This document shows, in pieces, positions 17,487 to 26,585 of a stretch of 35,149 bases of DNA. A model generated the notes under the pieces. It made no database searches and was not told where the DNA came from. It was given only the letters and a program-made list of their open reading frames with translations. Positions within the stretch are counted from its first letter, which is position 1. Every line of letters begins with the position of its first letter. Source of the stretch: an uncultured Nitrospiraceae bacterium (lineage in GTDB: Bacteria; Nitrospirota; Thermodesulfovibrionia; Thermodesulfovibrionales; SM23-35); assembly GCA_964553535.1 (NCBI GenBank), contig CAZKLK010000003.1:1-35149 (forward strand). The letters run 5' to 3'. The translations under genes and the position numbers were made by a program.

Positions 17487-17501
17487 AGGCATACTCCTTG
17501 A
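17487..17501 (+). promoter_or_regulatory. sigma54 -24/-12 promoter candidate (AGGCAT-ACTCC-TTGA)
   Basis: Same TATAGGCAT context as the 2625 site and the same TTGATAGAGG as the flgB site. The predicted TSS of ~17513 leaves a 35-nt leader with a GGGGG Shine-Dalgarno before the fliL ATG. Confidence 0.55.
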
Positions 17502-17547
17502 TAGAGGAAGGTCGAATCTGTAATACTGACGAACAGGGGGCTTAAAC

Positions 17548-18042
17548 ATGGCGGACGAGAAACCCGAAATTGAGTCGGAAGAACCTCAACAGGTAAAACC
17601 TCGGAAGGGGAAAAAGCAATTGCTCCTCGTCATAGCAGGCATCATTCTGGCCCTTTCAGCGAGCGGTTTTATCACTTATACATTGCTGACAAAAGGCAAA
17701 GGGGGCGGTGAAGAGGGAAGTAAGAAAAAGGAGGAACATCTTGAGAAGGCTGTGCTTGTTGCGGTTGACCCTTTTGTTCTCAATCTCGCTGAACACGGAC
17801 GATTTCTGAAGGTGAACATTCAGTTCGAGCTCACAGACGCTTCATACCAGCAAATAGTAACCGAAAAAATCCCCCAGATAAAAGATGCAATTATTATCCT
17901 TATAAGCAGCAAATCTACTGAATCGATAGCGAGCCCTGAAGGCAAGCTTCAGCTCAAGGATGAAATTATCCTGAGAGCAAACCAGGTGATCGGCAAGAAT
18001 GTTATTAAAAATATTTATTTTACCGAGTTTGTAATGCAATGA
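17548..18042 (+). CDS. fliL: Flagellar basal body-associated protein FliL
   Basis: Single N-terminal TM segment, then DPFVLNLAEHGRFLKVNIQFEL...IPQIKDAIIILISSKS, which is typical of FliL. Confidence 0.9.
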   Translation: MADEKPEIESEEPQQVKPRKGKKQLLLVIAGIILALSASGFITYTLLTKGKGGGEEGSKKKEEHLEKAVLVAVDPFVLNLAEHGRFLKVNIQFELTDASYQQIVTEKIPQIKDAIIILISSKSTESIASPEGKLQLKDEIILRANQVIGKNVIKNIYFTEFVMQ

Positions 18043-19007
18043 ATGAATTACTGTCCCAGGATGAAGTTGATGCGCTGCTTAAAGGCGTACAGTCGGGTGA
18101 CATAGATACAGAAACAGCGCGGGATAAAATACTCTCCGGGATAAGGTCCTATGACCTTACGAGTCAGGAGCGCATCATTCGCGGGAGGATGCCCGGTCTG
18201 GAAATCGCGAATGAACGGTTTGCCCGCTTCTTCAGAAATTCTGTCTCTACCCTCATTATGAAATTTGTCGGCATCGGAACCCAGAGCGTCCAGACAATCA
18301 AATTCGGGGAGTTCATGAATACAATCCCTTATCCCTCGAGTATCAATATATTCAAGATGGAGCCATTGAAGGGATATGCTCTCCTTGTGATAGAAGCGCC
18401 CCTTGTATTCGCATTTGTGGAGTTCTTTTTTGGGGGTGCGTCGGCTCAATATGTTAAATCCGAGGGGAGGTCTTTCACGCCGATAGAGCAGCGGGTAAAC
18501 AAGAAGGTTGTGACTACCGCACTGGGTGATCTGGCCATGGCATGGAACAGCATAGCTCAGATCAAACCTGAGTATGTCGGTTCTGAAATGAATCCCCAGT
18601 TTGTAACCATTGTTACCCCTAGTGAGATTATCATCAAGATAGAGGTTCATGTCGAAGTCGAAGACTTTACGGGGAAGCTTTTTTTCTGCATACCCTACTC
18701 CATGATAGAACCTGTAAAAGAAAATCTCTATTCAGGGATCCAGAGTGACAAGGTTGAGGTTGATCAGCGGTGGGTTGCACAACTCAAGGAGATGATTATG
18801 GATTCCAGCGTCGAAATTGCAGCTGAAATTGGAGAGGTGGAGTTGCCCTTTGGCGAACTGATGAATCTCAATATCGGGAGCGTTATTCCACTTGGCAAAT
18901 TCATTACCGATGAACTTATCGTCAAAGTAGAAGGTATACCCAAGTTTTTCGGAGTCCCGGGATACAGCAGAAGCAATCAGGCAATAAAGGTTACGAAGAC
19001 AACTTAA
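18039..19007 (+). CDS. fliM: Flagellar motor switch protein FliM
   Basis: N-terminal CheY-P binding motif LSQDEVDALL. The middle domain and C-terminal SpoA-like domain are present. Confidence 0.95.
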   Translation: MNELLSQDEVDALLKGVQSGDIDTETARDKILSGIRSYDLTSQERIIRGRMPGLEIANERFARFFRNSVSTLIMKFVGIGTQSVQTIKFGEFMNTIPYPSSINIFKMEPLKGYALLVIEAPLVFAFVEFFFGGASAQYVKSEGRSFTPIEQRVNKKVVTTALGDLAMAWNSIAQIKPEYVGSEMNPQFVTIVTPSEIIIKIEVHVEVEDFTGKLFFCIPYSMIEPVKENLYSGIQSDKVEVDQRWVAQLKEMIMDSSVEIAAEIGEVELPFGELMNLNIGSVIPLGKFITDELIVKVEGIPKFFGVPGYSRSNQAIKVTKTT

Positions 19008-19019
19008 AAAGGAGGCAGC

Positions 19020-19355
19020 ATGACTGATAAGCCCGAGGCGGCTGAAGAACCGAAATTCCAGGAGTTAAAGACAGAAAAAGTTGAGCCTTCCCCTCAACGG
19101 GATATCGAGTTCCTTATGGATATACCGCTCATGATTTCCGTGGAACTGGGAAGGACGAAGATGCTTATCAAGGATCTGTTGCAGCTTGGGCAGGGTTCAG
19201 TAATCGAGCTTGAAAAACTCGCAGGCGAGCCGATGGAAATATTTGTCAACAATAAACTGGTCGCCAGGGGAGAGGTTGTCGTAGTCAATGAAAAGTTCGG
19301 GGTAAGGCTGACGGATATTATTAGTCCGACAGAGAGGATCAAGCAGCTCAAATGA
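19020..19355 (+). CDS. fliN: Flagellar motor switch protein FliN
   Basis: SpoA domain: [72 protein letters not shown]. Confidence 0.95.
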   Translation: MTDKPEAAEEPKFQELKTEKVEPSPQRDIEFLMDIPLMISVELGRTKMLIKDLLQLGQGSVIELEKLAGEPMEIFVNNKLVARGEVVVVNEKFGVRLTDIISPTERIKQLK

Positions 19356-19669
19356 TCGACGCATACCTGCAGATGGCGGTAGCGCTCATTGCGGTAGTCG
19401 GAATCATTGCAGTTGCCGGGTATATTCTCAGAAAGAGGCATGCAAAGTCCTCTCTCATGAATGTGCTTTCCTACCAGTCCTTTGGCCCCCGGAAAGGTAT
19501 TGCTGCTCTCAAGATCGGTCCCGAAATCCTGCTTGTCGCAGTTACGTCGACAGACATCAAGTTGTTGAAGACAATGAGTGAGCATGAGCTGGGAACACAA
19601 TTCACAGAGGAAATTGACCAAAAGCTGCACAAACTGAGAACTATAAAACGACACCTTGACAAGCAATGA
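19352..19669 (+). CDS. fliO: Flagellar biosynthesis protein FliO/FliZ
   Basis: 105 aa with a single N-terminal TM and a conserved [22 protein letters not shown]-type core. Located between fliN and fliP. Confidence 0.75.
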   Translation: MIDAYLQMAVALIAVVGIIAVAGYILRKRHAKSSLMNVLSYQSFGPRKGIAALKIGPEILLVAVTSTDIKLLKTMSEHELGTQFTEEIDQKLHKLRTIKRHLDKQ

Positions 19670-20298
19670 ATATAAATAGTCCACTTGTAGAAGTCTTCCT
19701 GGTAATAAGCTTTCTATCGCTTATCCCGGCAATTCTCATCATGTTCACCTCGTTTACGAGGATTGTGGTTGTCCTCGCTTTTCTGCGTCAGGCGCTTGGA
19801 GGACAGCAGATACCGCCAAACCCCGTCATAATAGGCCTCGCCATTTTCCTGACTCTCTTCATCATGTCTCCAACGATCGATATCATTACAAAAGACTCGG
19901 TCATTCCATTCATGAACAAGGAGATCACGATGCAGGAAGCCTTCAACAGGGCTGAACCATCTATTAAAGGTTTCATGCTCAAACAGACGAGAGAGAAGGA
20001 TCTGGCTCTCTTTTTGAACATAGCGAGGGAGAAGGGTCAAAACCAGCCTGAAGAGATCCCGTTGAAAATTGTTGTGCCTGCTTTTGCTATCAGTGAACTG
20101 AAGACCGCCTTCGAGATCGGCTTCCTTATCTATCTGCCGTTTCTTGTGATCGATATGGTCGTTTCGAGCATATTGCTCTCTATGGGAATGATGATGCTTC
20201 CACCTGTACTCATATCGCTTCCCTTCAAACTCCTCCTCTTTGTGCTCGTTGACGGGTGGAACCTCATCGTTGGATCCATAGTAAGGAGCTTCCAGTGA
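19666..20298 (+). CDS. fliP: Flagellar export apparatus protein FliP
   Basis: FTRIVVVLAFLRQALG, AFAISELKTAFEIGFLIYLPFLVIDMVVSSILLSMGMMMLPP. Confidence 0.95.
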   Translation: MNINSPLVEVFLVISFLSLIPAILIMFTSFTRIVVVLAFLRQALGGQQIPPNPVIIGLAIFLTLFIMSPTIDIITKDSVIPFMNKEITMQEAFNRAEPSIKGFMLKQTREKDLALFLNIAREKGQNQPEEIPLKIVVPAFAISELKTAFEIGFLIYLPFLVIDMVVSSILLSMGMMMLPPVLISLPFKLLLFVLVDGWNLIVGSIVRSFQ

Positions 20299-20564
20299 CA
20301 CTGGATGTAGTTAAGGAAATTTCTTCGGAAGTTTTCAAGACAATCCTTTTTGTCTCAGGGCCTGCACTGCTTGTCAGTATGCTCGTAGGTCTGGTGATCA
20401 GTCTTTTTCAGGCAGTGACACAGATACAGGACTTCACGCTTACATTTGTTCCGAAAATTATCGCCGTATTCCTCTGCCTGTTCATATTCTTCCCGTGGAT
20501 ATCGAGAGTACTGATCACCTTTACTACCGGTCTCATTGAGAAGATACCCGTATATGTGAAGTGA
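20295..20564 (+). CDS. fliQ: Flagellar export apparatus protein FliQ
   Basis: 89 aa with two TM segments (LLVSMLVGLVISLFQAVTQIQDFTLTFVPKI). GTG at 20295, preceded by TAAGGAG. The track ORF begins further upstream at 20256. Confidence 0.9.
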   Translation: MTLDVVKEISSEVFKTILFVSGPALLVSMLVGLVISLFQAVTQIQDFTLTFVPKIIAVFLCLFIFFPWISRVLITFTTGLIEKIPVYVK

Positions 20565-20654
20565 CCAAGCCCCTTTCATGGCCGGCATGTGAAAAGAAAA
20601 AAGCCATGTGCGGAAAGAGGGGAGAAGTTTGAAGCTGTTATTCGACAGGATCAG

Positions 20655-21407
20655 ATGGACATTATAGGACCATATATTGCTAATTTTATGTTCATATTCC
20701 TGAGGGCAGGAATTGTTATTGGCATGCTCCCTTTTTTGGGGAGCAGGAACGTTCCCGCACAATTCAAGATAGGTTTGGTCGTTGCCATTGCCCTTGTCCT
20801 GGCTCCGGTTATTGATTTCAAGGTGGCACAGGCAGATATTCCATCCCTGGTTATGCGTGAGATCATCTTGGGGATAGCGCTTGGCCTTGTGGCACGATTT
20901 GTTTTTTTGGCAGTTGATATGGCAGGCCAGGTAATGAGCAATGCAATGGGGCTCTCACTGGCTACCGTTTTCAATCCGGAAGTGGGGCATTCCACCGAGA
21001 TAGCACAAGTGTTCGGGATCATCACGATGCTCATCTTTCTCGCAATGGATGCACACCATGATCTCATCTATATATTTGTCAGGAGCTATGAATGGCTTCC
21101 TGCCGGGCATGTGGCAATAAGCAACATCGCTGCAGAGGTGATTTCGATCGGCGGAATGATCTTCCTCCTGGCAGTGAAGATAAGCGCACCCGTAGTAATA
21201 TCCATGCTCATCTCGAGCCTGCTTCTCGGTTTTCTCTATAAGGCAGCGCCCCAGATGAATATTTTTTTTATCGGATATCCTATTTATCTGTTTGTCGGGT
21301 TTATAGTCATTCTCATGAGCATGCCTGTCATGGTGACCGTAATCGGGAATCATTTCAGTGTCATGAAAGATGAGATGGTGAAGATCATCTCACTCGCGAG
21401 AGGGTAA
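20655..21407 (+). CDS. fliR: Flagellar export apparatus protein FliR
   Basis: Polytopic membrane protein in the fliR slot (FMFIFLRAGIVIGMLPFLG...). The ATG at 20655 is preferred. The basic 22-aa extension from 20589 looks unnatural. Confidence 0.88.
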   Translation: MDIIGPYIANFMFIFLRAGIVIGMLPFLGSRNVPAQFKIGLVVAIALVLAPVIDFKVAQADIPSLVMREIILGIALGLVARFVFLAVDMAGQVMSNAMGLSLATVFNPEVGHSTEIAQVFGIITMLIFLAMDAHHDLIYIFVRSYEWLPAGHVAISNIAAEVISIGGMIFLLAVKISAPVVISMLISSLLLGFLYKAAPQMNIFFIGYPIYLFVGFIVILMSMPVMVTVIGNHFSVMKDEMVKIISLARG

Positions 21408-21409
21408 CC

Positions 21410-22444
21410 ATGTTCGAATACGAAGAAAAGACAGAACAGGCAACACCCCGAAAGCGGCAAAAGGCGAGGGAGAAGGGGCAGATTGCCCGGAGCAGGGAGC
21501 TCATCTCAATGGCTTCGATGGCCGGGGTCATCATATTTTTCTATTTTGCGGGAAACATCTTCCTCAAGAAGCTCTCCCTATTGACGGGCAATCTTCTCAG
21601 CCTCCGGTACGGAAGAGACCCGGTTACCGTAATGCAGGTCGCTGCATCAGAATCCATGTTGCTTATGATGCCATTGCTGGGGCTGGCCTGTACATTCGCC
21701 GTTCTGACCGGTGCAGCACAGGGAGGGATATTATTGAAGCCCATAAGCATCGAGGTTGAGATGCTTAATCCGTTGAAGGGAATACAGAGGATCTTTTCCC
21801 GGCACGGACTTATACAATTTCTGAAAAGCCTTCTGAAATTCATTCTGGGCGGAATGATTTTTTTTTACATTATTAAGAAGTCCCTCCCGGTCTTCCCTGC
21901 CACTGCGGCTCTGGATATCGTTCAGATACAGGCTGTCGCGGGCGGCATCATCGCAAAAACTGTTCTCATTGCCTTTGTCGTTTTTCTCGCAATCGCGGTC
22001 GCTGACTATATCACCGAACGGTGGAAATTCGAGAACTCCCTGAAAATGACGAGGGAAGAGATGAAGAAAGAGTACCGGGAAACAGAAGGTGATCCGATCA
22101 TAAAGGCAAGGATAAAAAGCATTCAGAAAGAGTTGGCACGGCGCCGGATGATGCAGGAAATACCTAAAGCAACGGTTGTCATCACAAACCCCACTCATAT
22201 TGCGGTTGCCTTGAGATACAAGAAAGACGAGATGTCGGCTCCGAAGGTAATTGCAAAAGGGGCTGGGTTCATAGCCGAGAGGATAAAAGAGCTGGCAAGG
22301 AAATATGGTATCCCTGTTGTAGAGGATAAGCCGCTTGCGAGGGTCCTCTATAAACTGAAACTCGATTCTTATATACCGGAAGCATTGTATAGGGCTGTTG
22401 CAAGAATACTCGCATATATTTACACGCTTAGGGGAGTTGCGTGA
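21410..22444 (+). CDS. flhB: Flagellar export switch protein FlhB
   Basis: EKTEQATPRKRQKAREKGQIARSRE N-terminus, four TM segments, and the NPTH autocleavage site (VVITNPTHIAVAL). Confidence 0.96.
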   Translation: MFEYEEKTEQATPRKRQKAREKGQIARSRELISMASMAGVIIFFYFAGNIFLKKLSLLTGNLLSLRYGRDPVTVMQVAASESMLLMMPLLGLACTFAVLTGAAQGGILLKPISIEVEMLNPLKGIQRIFSRHGLIQFLKSLLKFILGGMIFFYIIKKSLPVFPATAALDIVQIQAVAGGIIAKTVLIAFVVFLAIAVADYITERWKFENSLKMTREEMKKEYRETEGDPIIKARIKSIQKELARRRMMQEIPKATVVITNPTHIAVALRYKKDEMSAPKVIAKGAGFIAERIKELARKYGIPVVEDKPLARVLYKLKLDSYIPEALYRAVARILAYIYTLRGVA

Positions 22445-22544
22445 ACGGAGTGAACTTGGAAAATAATTTTCCGTCACCGGACAGAAACAGAGACGGATCC
22501 CCGGATACCGGGGAGACCGGCTGCCAAATGCGAAGGAGTATTTT

Positions 22545-24575
22545 TTGAATTTCCCCGGTTATATTCAGAATAAAGGGGATATCTTTGTCGCCTTAGGCGT
22601 TCTGGTCATCTTGGGTGTGATGGTGCTTCCACTCCCGCCTTTTGTGCTCGATATTTTCCTCTCCCTGTCCCTGTCTGTTTCGATCGTGATACTCATAACG
22701 AGCATATACATAAAAAAGCCCCTTGATTTCTCGGTATTCCCGTCGATTCTTCTCATAACAACGCTGTACAGGCTTTCCCTCAATATTGCATCAACAAGGC
22801 TCATACTCCTGAAGGGGAATGAGGGTATCGATGCTGCGGGGCAGGTCATCAAATCCTTTGGCAGTTTTGTCGTCGGGGGAAACTATGCGGTAGGCCTGAC
22901 CATATTTCTCATACTTGTAATAGTAAACTTTGTCGTTATCACAAAGGGTGCAGGAAGAATTGCAGAGGTCGCCGCCCGGTTCATACTCGATGCAATGCCC
23001 GGAAAACAGATGGCCATCGATGCCGACCTCAACTCCGGCCTCATTGATGAATCAGAGGCGAGAAAAAGGCGGGCGGATATTGCCCGTGAAGCAGATTTTT
23101 ACGGGGCTATGGATGGCGCGAGTAAATTCGTCAGGGGTGAAGCGATCGCAGGGTTATTAATTACCGCAATCAATATCATTATAGGTTTTGTCATCGGCAC
23201 CCTGCAAAGAGGGATGACAATTTCCGAGGCTGCAACAACATTTACCATATTGACGATTGGTGACGGCCTTATATCCCAGATGCCCGCCCTCCTTGTTTCA
23301 ACCGCTGCAGGTCTTGTTATAAGCCGCGCGGGGAAAGAGACGGATCTGAGCAAGGATATATCACGTCAGATACTCCTGAATCCAAAGACGCTTGGTACCG
23401 CTTCAGCGGTTATGATAATCCTTGCAATGGTTCCCGGACTTCCCCATCTGCCATTCTTTCTCTTATCTGCAGCATCAGGCGTCCTCGCATATGTGCTGTC
23501 CAAGCCTTCTGCTGAAAAGGAGGAGGAAGAGCAGCCGGCAAAGGTCCCGGAACCGTCTATAGAATCATTCATGGAGATAGACCCGCTCACTTTTGAGATC
23601 GGGTACGGGCTTATACCCCTTGTCGAGTCCGGGAAGACGGAGCTCCTGAATAAAATAAAGGCGATGAGAAGGCAGCTTGCCCATGAAATCGGCTTCATTA
23701 TCCCGGCCATCCATATCAAGGACAATCTTCAGCTCCGTCCCCACGAGTACAGCTTTCTCATACGCGGTATGGAGATGGGAAAAGGTGAGGTTATGATGGA
23801 TCACTTTCTGGCTGTCGCTTCCCAAAAGGCGGAAGCGATAGAGGGGATACCGACTAAAGAGCCGGCATTCGGTTTGCCGGCATTCTGGATAAGCGGCAAG
23901 GATGTAGAACATGCTCAGATGAAAGGATACATGGTGGTGGATCCCGCAACGGTCATTATTACACATATCACCGAGCTGGTTAAATCCCATGTCTGGGAAC
24001 TCTTAACGAGGTCAGAGGTCCAGAATATTCTTGATGCGGTTTCAAAAATATATCCGAAGATTGTCGATGAACTCATTCCGACCCAGATGACCCTGGGGAG
24101 TGTACAGCGCGTGCTTCAAAATCTGCTGAAGGAGAGGGTTGCTATAAATGACAAAATTACAATCCTTGAGACACTCCTTGATTATGCTCCGTCCACGAAG
24201 GACCCCGATATGCTTACCGAGCATGTGAGGCAGGCCCTTTCACGGTACATTACCAAACAATATATCACGTCCGGGCAGGACATAAAGGTTATTACTCTCG
24301 ACCCAAGGTATGAGAAGGCTCTCGCACAGGCCTTGGAGGCGAATGGCGCGATAAGCCCCGACATAGTCAGCAAGCTGCTGAAGGCAACCGAGAGGATTAT
24401 TACCGACAATGCTGCAAGAGGTATCCAGCCGATCATCCTCTGCTCTGCGCAGGTCAGAAAATTTCTCCGCAAGATCACCGAGAGGTTTCTCCCCTCTCTG
24501 GTTGTTCTGTCAAATGCAGAAATATCCCCGTCAGTAAAACTTCAGGTAACAGGAGTGGTGAGGTATGAAGATTAA
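22545..24575 (+). CDS. flhA: Flagellar export gate protein FlhA
   Basis: FILDAMPGKQMAIDADL and GAMDGASKFVRGEAIAG motifs, plus a large cytoplasmic C-terminal domain. TTG start 6 nt after GAAGGAG. Confidence 0.96.
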   Translation: MNFPGYIQNKGDIFVALGVLVILGVMVLPLPPFVLDIFLSLSLSVSIVILITSIYIKKPLDFSVFPSILLITTLYRLSLNIASTRLILLKGNEGIDAAGQVIKSFGSFVVGGNYAVGLTIFLILVIVNFVVITKGAGRIAEVAARFILDAMPGKQMAIDADLNSGLIDESEARKRRADIAREADFYGAMDGASKFVRGEAIAGLLITAINIIIGFVIGTLQRGMTISEAATTFTILTIGDGLISQMPALLVSTAAGLVISRAGKETDLSKDISRQILLNPKTLGTASAVMIILAMVPGLPHLPFFLLSAASGVLAYVLSKPSAEKEEEEQPAKVPEPSIESFMEIDPLTFEIGYGLIPLVESGKTELLNKIKAMRRQLAHEIGFIIPAIHIKDNLQLRPHEYSFLIRGMEMGKGEVMMDHFLAVASQKAEAIEGIPTKEPAFGLPAFWISGKDVEHAQMKGYMVVDPATVIITHITELVKSHVWELLTRSEVQNILDAVSKIYPKIVDELIPTQMTLGSVQRVLQNLLKERVAINDKITILETLLDYAPSTKDPDMLTEHVRQALSRYITKQYITSGQDIKVITLDPRYEKALAQALEANGAISPDIVSKLLKATERIITDNAARGIQPIILCSAQVRKFLRKITERFLPSLVVLSNAEISPSVKLQVTGVVRYED

Positions 24576-25752
24576 GAAATTCAAGGCAAGGAATTTTACG
24601 GAAGCGCTGCGGTTAGTGAAACAGGAATTGAGCGAACACGCAGTTATTTTAGCTACTGAGGAGAAAAAGGGTCTCAGGCCATATGTCGAGGTAACCGCCG
24701 CGATCGATTACGAGCTTCATCAGTCCCGCAGCCTGTCTGCGCACATAGGCAACGGCGGCATGGCAAAGAGCACGGACATTGAAAACAAGAACTATGTGCA
24801 TGAGAGAATCAATGGTTTTGGCTCACACGGGATCAATCCTCCTTTTACAGTGTCGGTGAAACGTGAACACCCTTATCATTCCGCCGGTAATCAAGGGGGA
24901 GGGGTATTCCGGACATCCAACAAGGAGACGGCGTACATGGATGACAGAAGGCATGTTATGTCCCTGCCCTTGAACAAGAGGATAATACTGAACTTCCTCA
25001 GGGAGAGAGCACTCAGGGAAGAATTTGCACTCAGACTGTGTGAAACAGCCCGGGACTTGGATGATATTCCTTCCCTGCTCTCATCCGATATCAGAGTAGC
25101 CGACCACGATGTTTTCAGTGCGGTTTGCACAGGAATGCAGGATTCTCAAATTCAGGCAAGGGCCCTCATGTTCATCGGACCGACAGGTGTGGGGAAAACT
25201 ACAACGATTGCAAAACTCGCAGCCCGTGCAATGAAGAACGGCAAAAGGGTTGCAATAGTCTCTCTCGATACCTATCGTATCGGTGCAATCGAGCAGGCAA
25301 GGATATATGCAAAAATCCTTGGAATACCGCTTTCCGTCGTCTCGAACGGGAAGGAACTGAGAAACAGTCTTTCAGGATTTGCAGGTGCCAGAGACATTAT
25401 CCTGATCGATACGTCGGGGAGGAACCCGAACGATGAGGAGCATATCAATGAGCTGCTCCACCATTTTCAGATCGGCTTTCCTCTCGAACTCCACCTTCTC
25501 ATGAGCGCGAACTATGATGATGAATTTATGACAGAGACGTTTCGCTATTACAGAAAATTGCCTGTTGATTATCTGTCCATTACTAAAGTCGATGAATCCG
25601 TGAGATTCGGATCACTTTATAATCTCTTGCTAATCTACCAGAAGCCTGTTGCTTTCCTCACAACCGGACAGAAAGTGCCCGATGATATAGAACCCGCTTC
25701 AGTCAACAGGATTGTAAATCTAATTCTCAAGAAAAGGTGCTACGAATGTTAA
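24565..25752 (+). CDS. flhF: Flagellar SRP-type GTPase FlhF
   Basis: MKIKKFKARNFTEALRLVKQELSEHAVIL N-terminus. G1 GPTGVGKTTT, DTSGR, and a KVDE-type G4. Confidence 0.93.
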   Translation: MKIKKFKARNFTEALRLVKQELSEHAVILATEEKKGLRPYVEVTAAIDYELHQSRSLSAHIGNGGMAKSTDIENKNYVHERINGFGSHGINPPFTVSVKREHPYHSAGNQGGGVFRTSNKETAYMDDRRHVMSLPLNKRIILNFLRERALREEFALRLCETARDLDDIPSLLSSDIRVADHDVFSAVCTGMQDSQIQARALMFIGPTGVGKTTTIAKLAARAMKNGKRVAIVSLDTYRIGAIEQARIYAKILGIPLSVVSNGKELRNSLSGFAGARDIILIDTSGRNPNDEEHINELLHHFQIGFPLELHLLMSANYDDEFMTETFRYYRKLPVDYLSITKVDESVRFGSLYNLLLIYQKPVAFLTTGQKVPDDIEPASVNRIVNLILKKRCYEC

Positions 25753-26585
25753 AAGAAAAACATGGCAGAAAGAAATACGTCAAAACGATTGCAGTTGCCA
25801 GCGGAAAGGGAGGTGTGGGGAAAACCAATGTGGTTGCAAATCTTGCTGTTGCAATGAGAAAGCTCGGCAAGGAAGTGCTCGTTATGGATGCTGATCTCGG
25901 TCTGAGCAGTATTGATGTTTTGCTCCAATTGGCACCTGCCCACACCATTCAGCACGTATTCAAAGGGGAGATGAGTTTGAAGGACGTCATCATCGATGGT
26001 CCGCAAGGCATCAAGGTGCTCCCAGCCGGTTCCGGTATCCAGGAATTGACCTCGCTCAATGAATTCCAGAGGTTGAGGATACTGGAAGAATTTGATGCCT
26101 TTGACTCCGATATCGAGGTCATGCTCATTGATACAGCGCCGGGCATATCGGAAAATGTTGCTTTTTTCTGTATCGCCGCGCAGGAGATTATTATCATCAC
26201 CTCATCGGAACCGACTGCGCTTACCGATGCCTACGCACTGATAAAGGTGCTTTCAACCAGGTATCAGGAAAAGGAGTTTTTCATCCTTGTCAATTCCGCG
26301 AAGCATGCCGAAGAGGGGGTTGAAGTATTCAGGCGTTTGTCCGTTGCAGCAGATAAGTTTCTGAATGTATCTCTTGATTATCTTGGCTATATCCCATGTG
26401 ATGCAGATGTAAAGAAAGCAGTGAAGGCACAGAAGGCGTTTGTTGAAATATTTCCGCATAGCCCGGCGTCAAAGCAGATTATGCATGTCGCGTCGAAAAT
26501 GCTGACCCCCAGAGACACGGTAAAAGGAACTTTGCAGTTTTTCATAGGAAATCTTCTGTCTGCCGTACCTGCTTCAGCGCAATGA
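25746..26585 (+). CDS. flhG: MinD/ParA-type flagellar number regulator FlhG (FleN/YlxH)
   Basis: Deviant Walker A SGKGGVGKT, MDADLGL, and a C-terminal amphipathic helix (GTLQFFIGNLLSAV). Follows flhF. Confidence 0.9.
   Translation: MLKEKHGRKKYVKTIAVASGKGGVGKTNVVANLAVAMRKLGKEVLVMDADLGLSSIDVLLQLAPAHTIQHVFKGEMSLKDVIIDGPQGIKVLPAGSGIQELTSLNEFQRLRILEEFDAFDSDIEVMLIDTAPGISENVAFFCIAAQEIIIITSSEPTALTDAYALIKVLSTRYQEKEFFILVNSAKHAEEGVEVFRRLSVAADKFLNVSLDYLGYIPCDADVKKAVKAQKAFVEIFPHSPASKQIMHVASKMLTPRDTVKGTLQFFIGNLLSAVPASAQ

Noticed and set aside
17461-17523. 20-codon mini-ORF (MLFINKIHIGILLDRGRSNL) spanning the fliL promoter candidate, considered as a possible FlbD-like small gene.
   Set aside because: It is too short, has no RBS and no resemblance to FlbD, and it overlaps the promoter-like element.
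20256-20654. Upstream extensions of the fliQ (20256-20294) and fliR (20589-20654) track ORFs.
   Set aside because: FliQ is canonically ~89 aa, and the GTG at 20295 has a TAAGGAG RBS. The FliR extension MKRKKPCAERGEKF... is hydrophilic and unlike FliR N-termini. The 90-nt fliQ-fliR spacer shows no other supported feature.
22499-22513. CCCCGG-ATA-CCGGGG hairpin in the flhB-flhA spacer, considered as a possible attenuator.
   Set aside because: It has a 6-bp stem with a 3-nt loop and no T-run, in a 100-nt gap that otherwise just carries the flhA RBS. This is insufficient to call a regulatory element.
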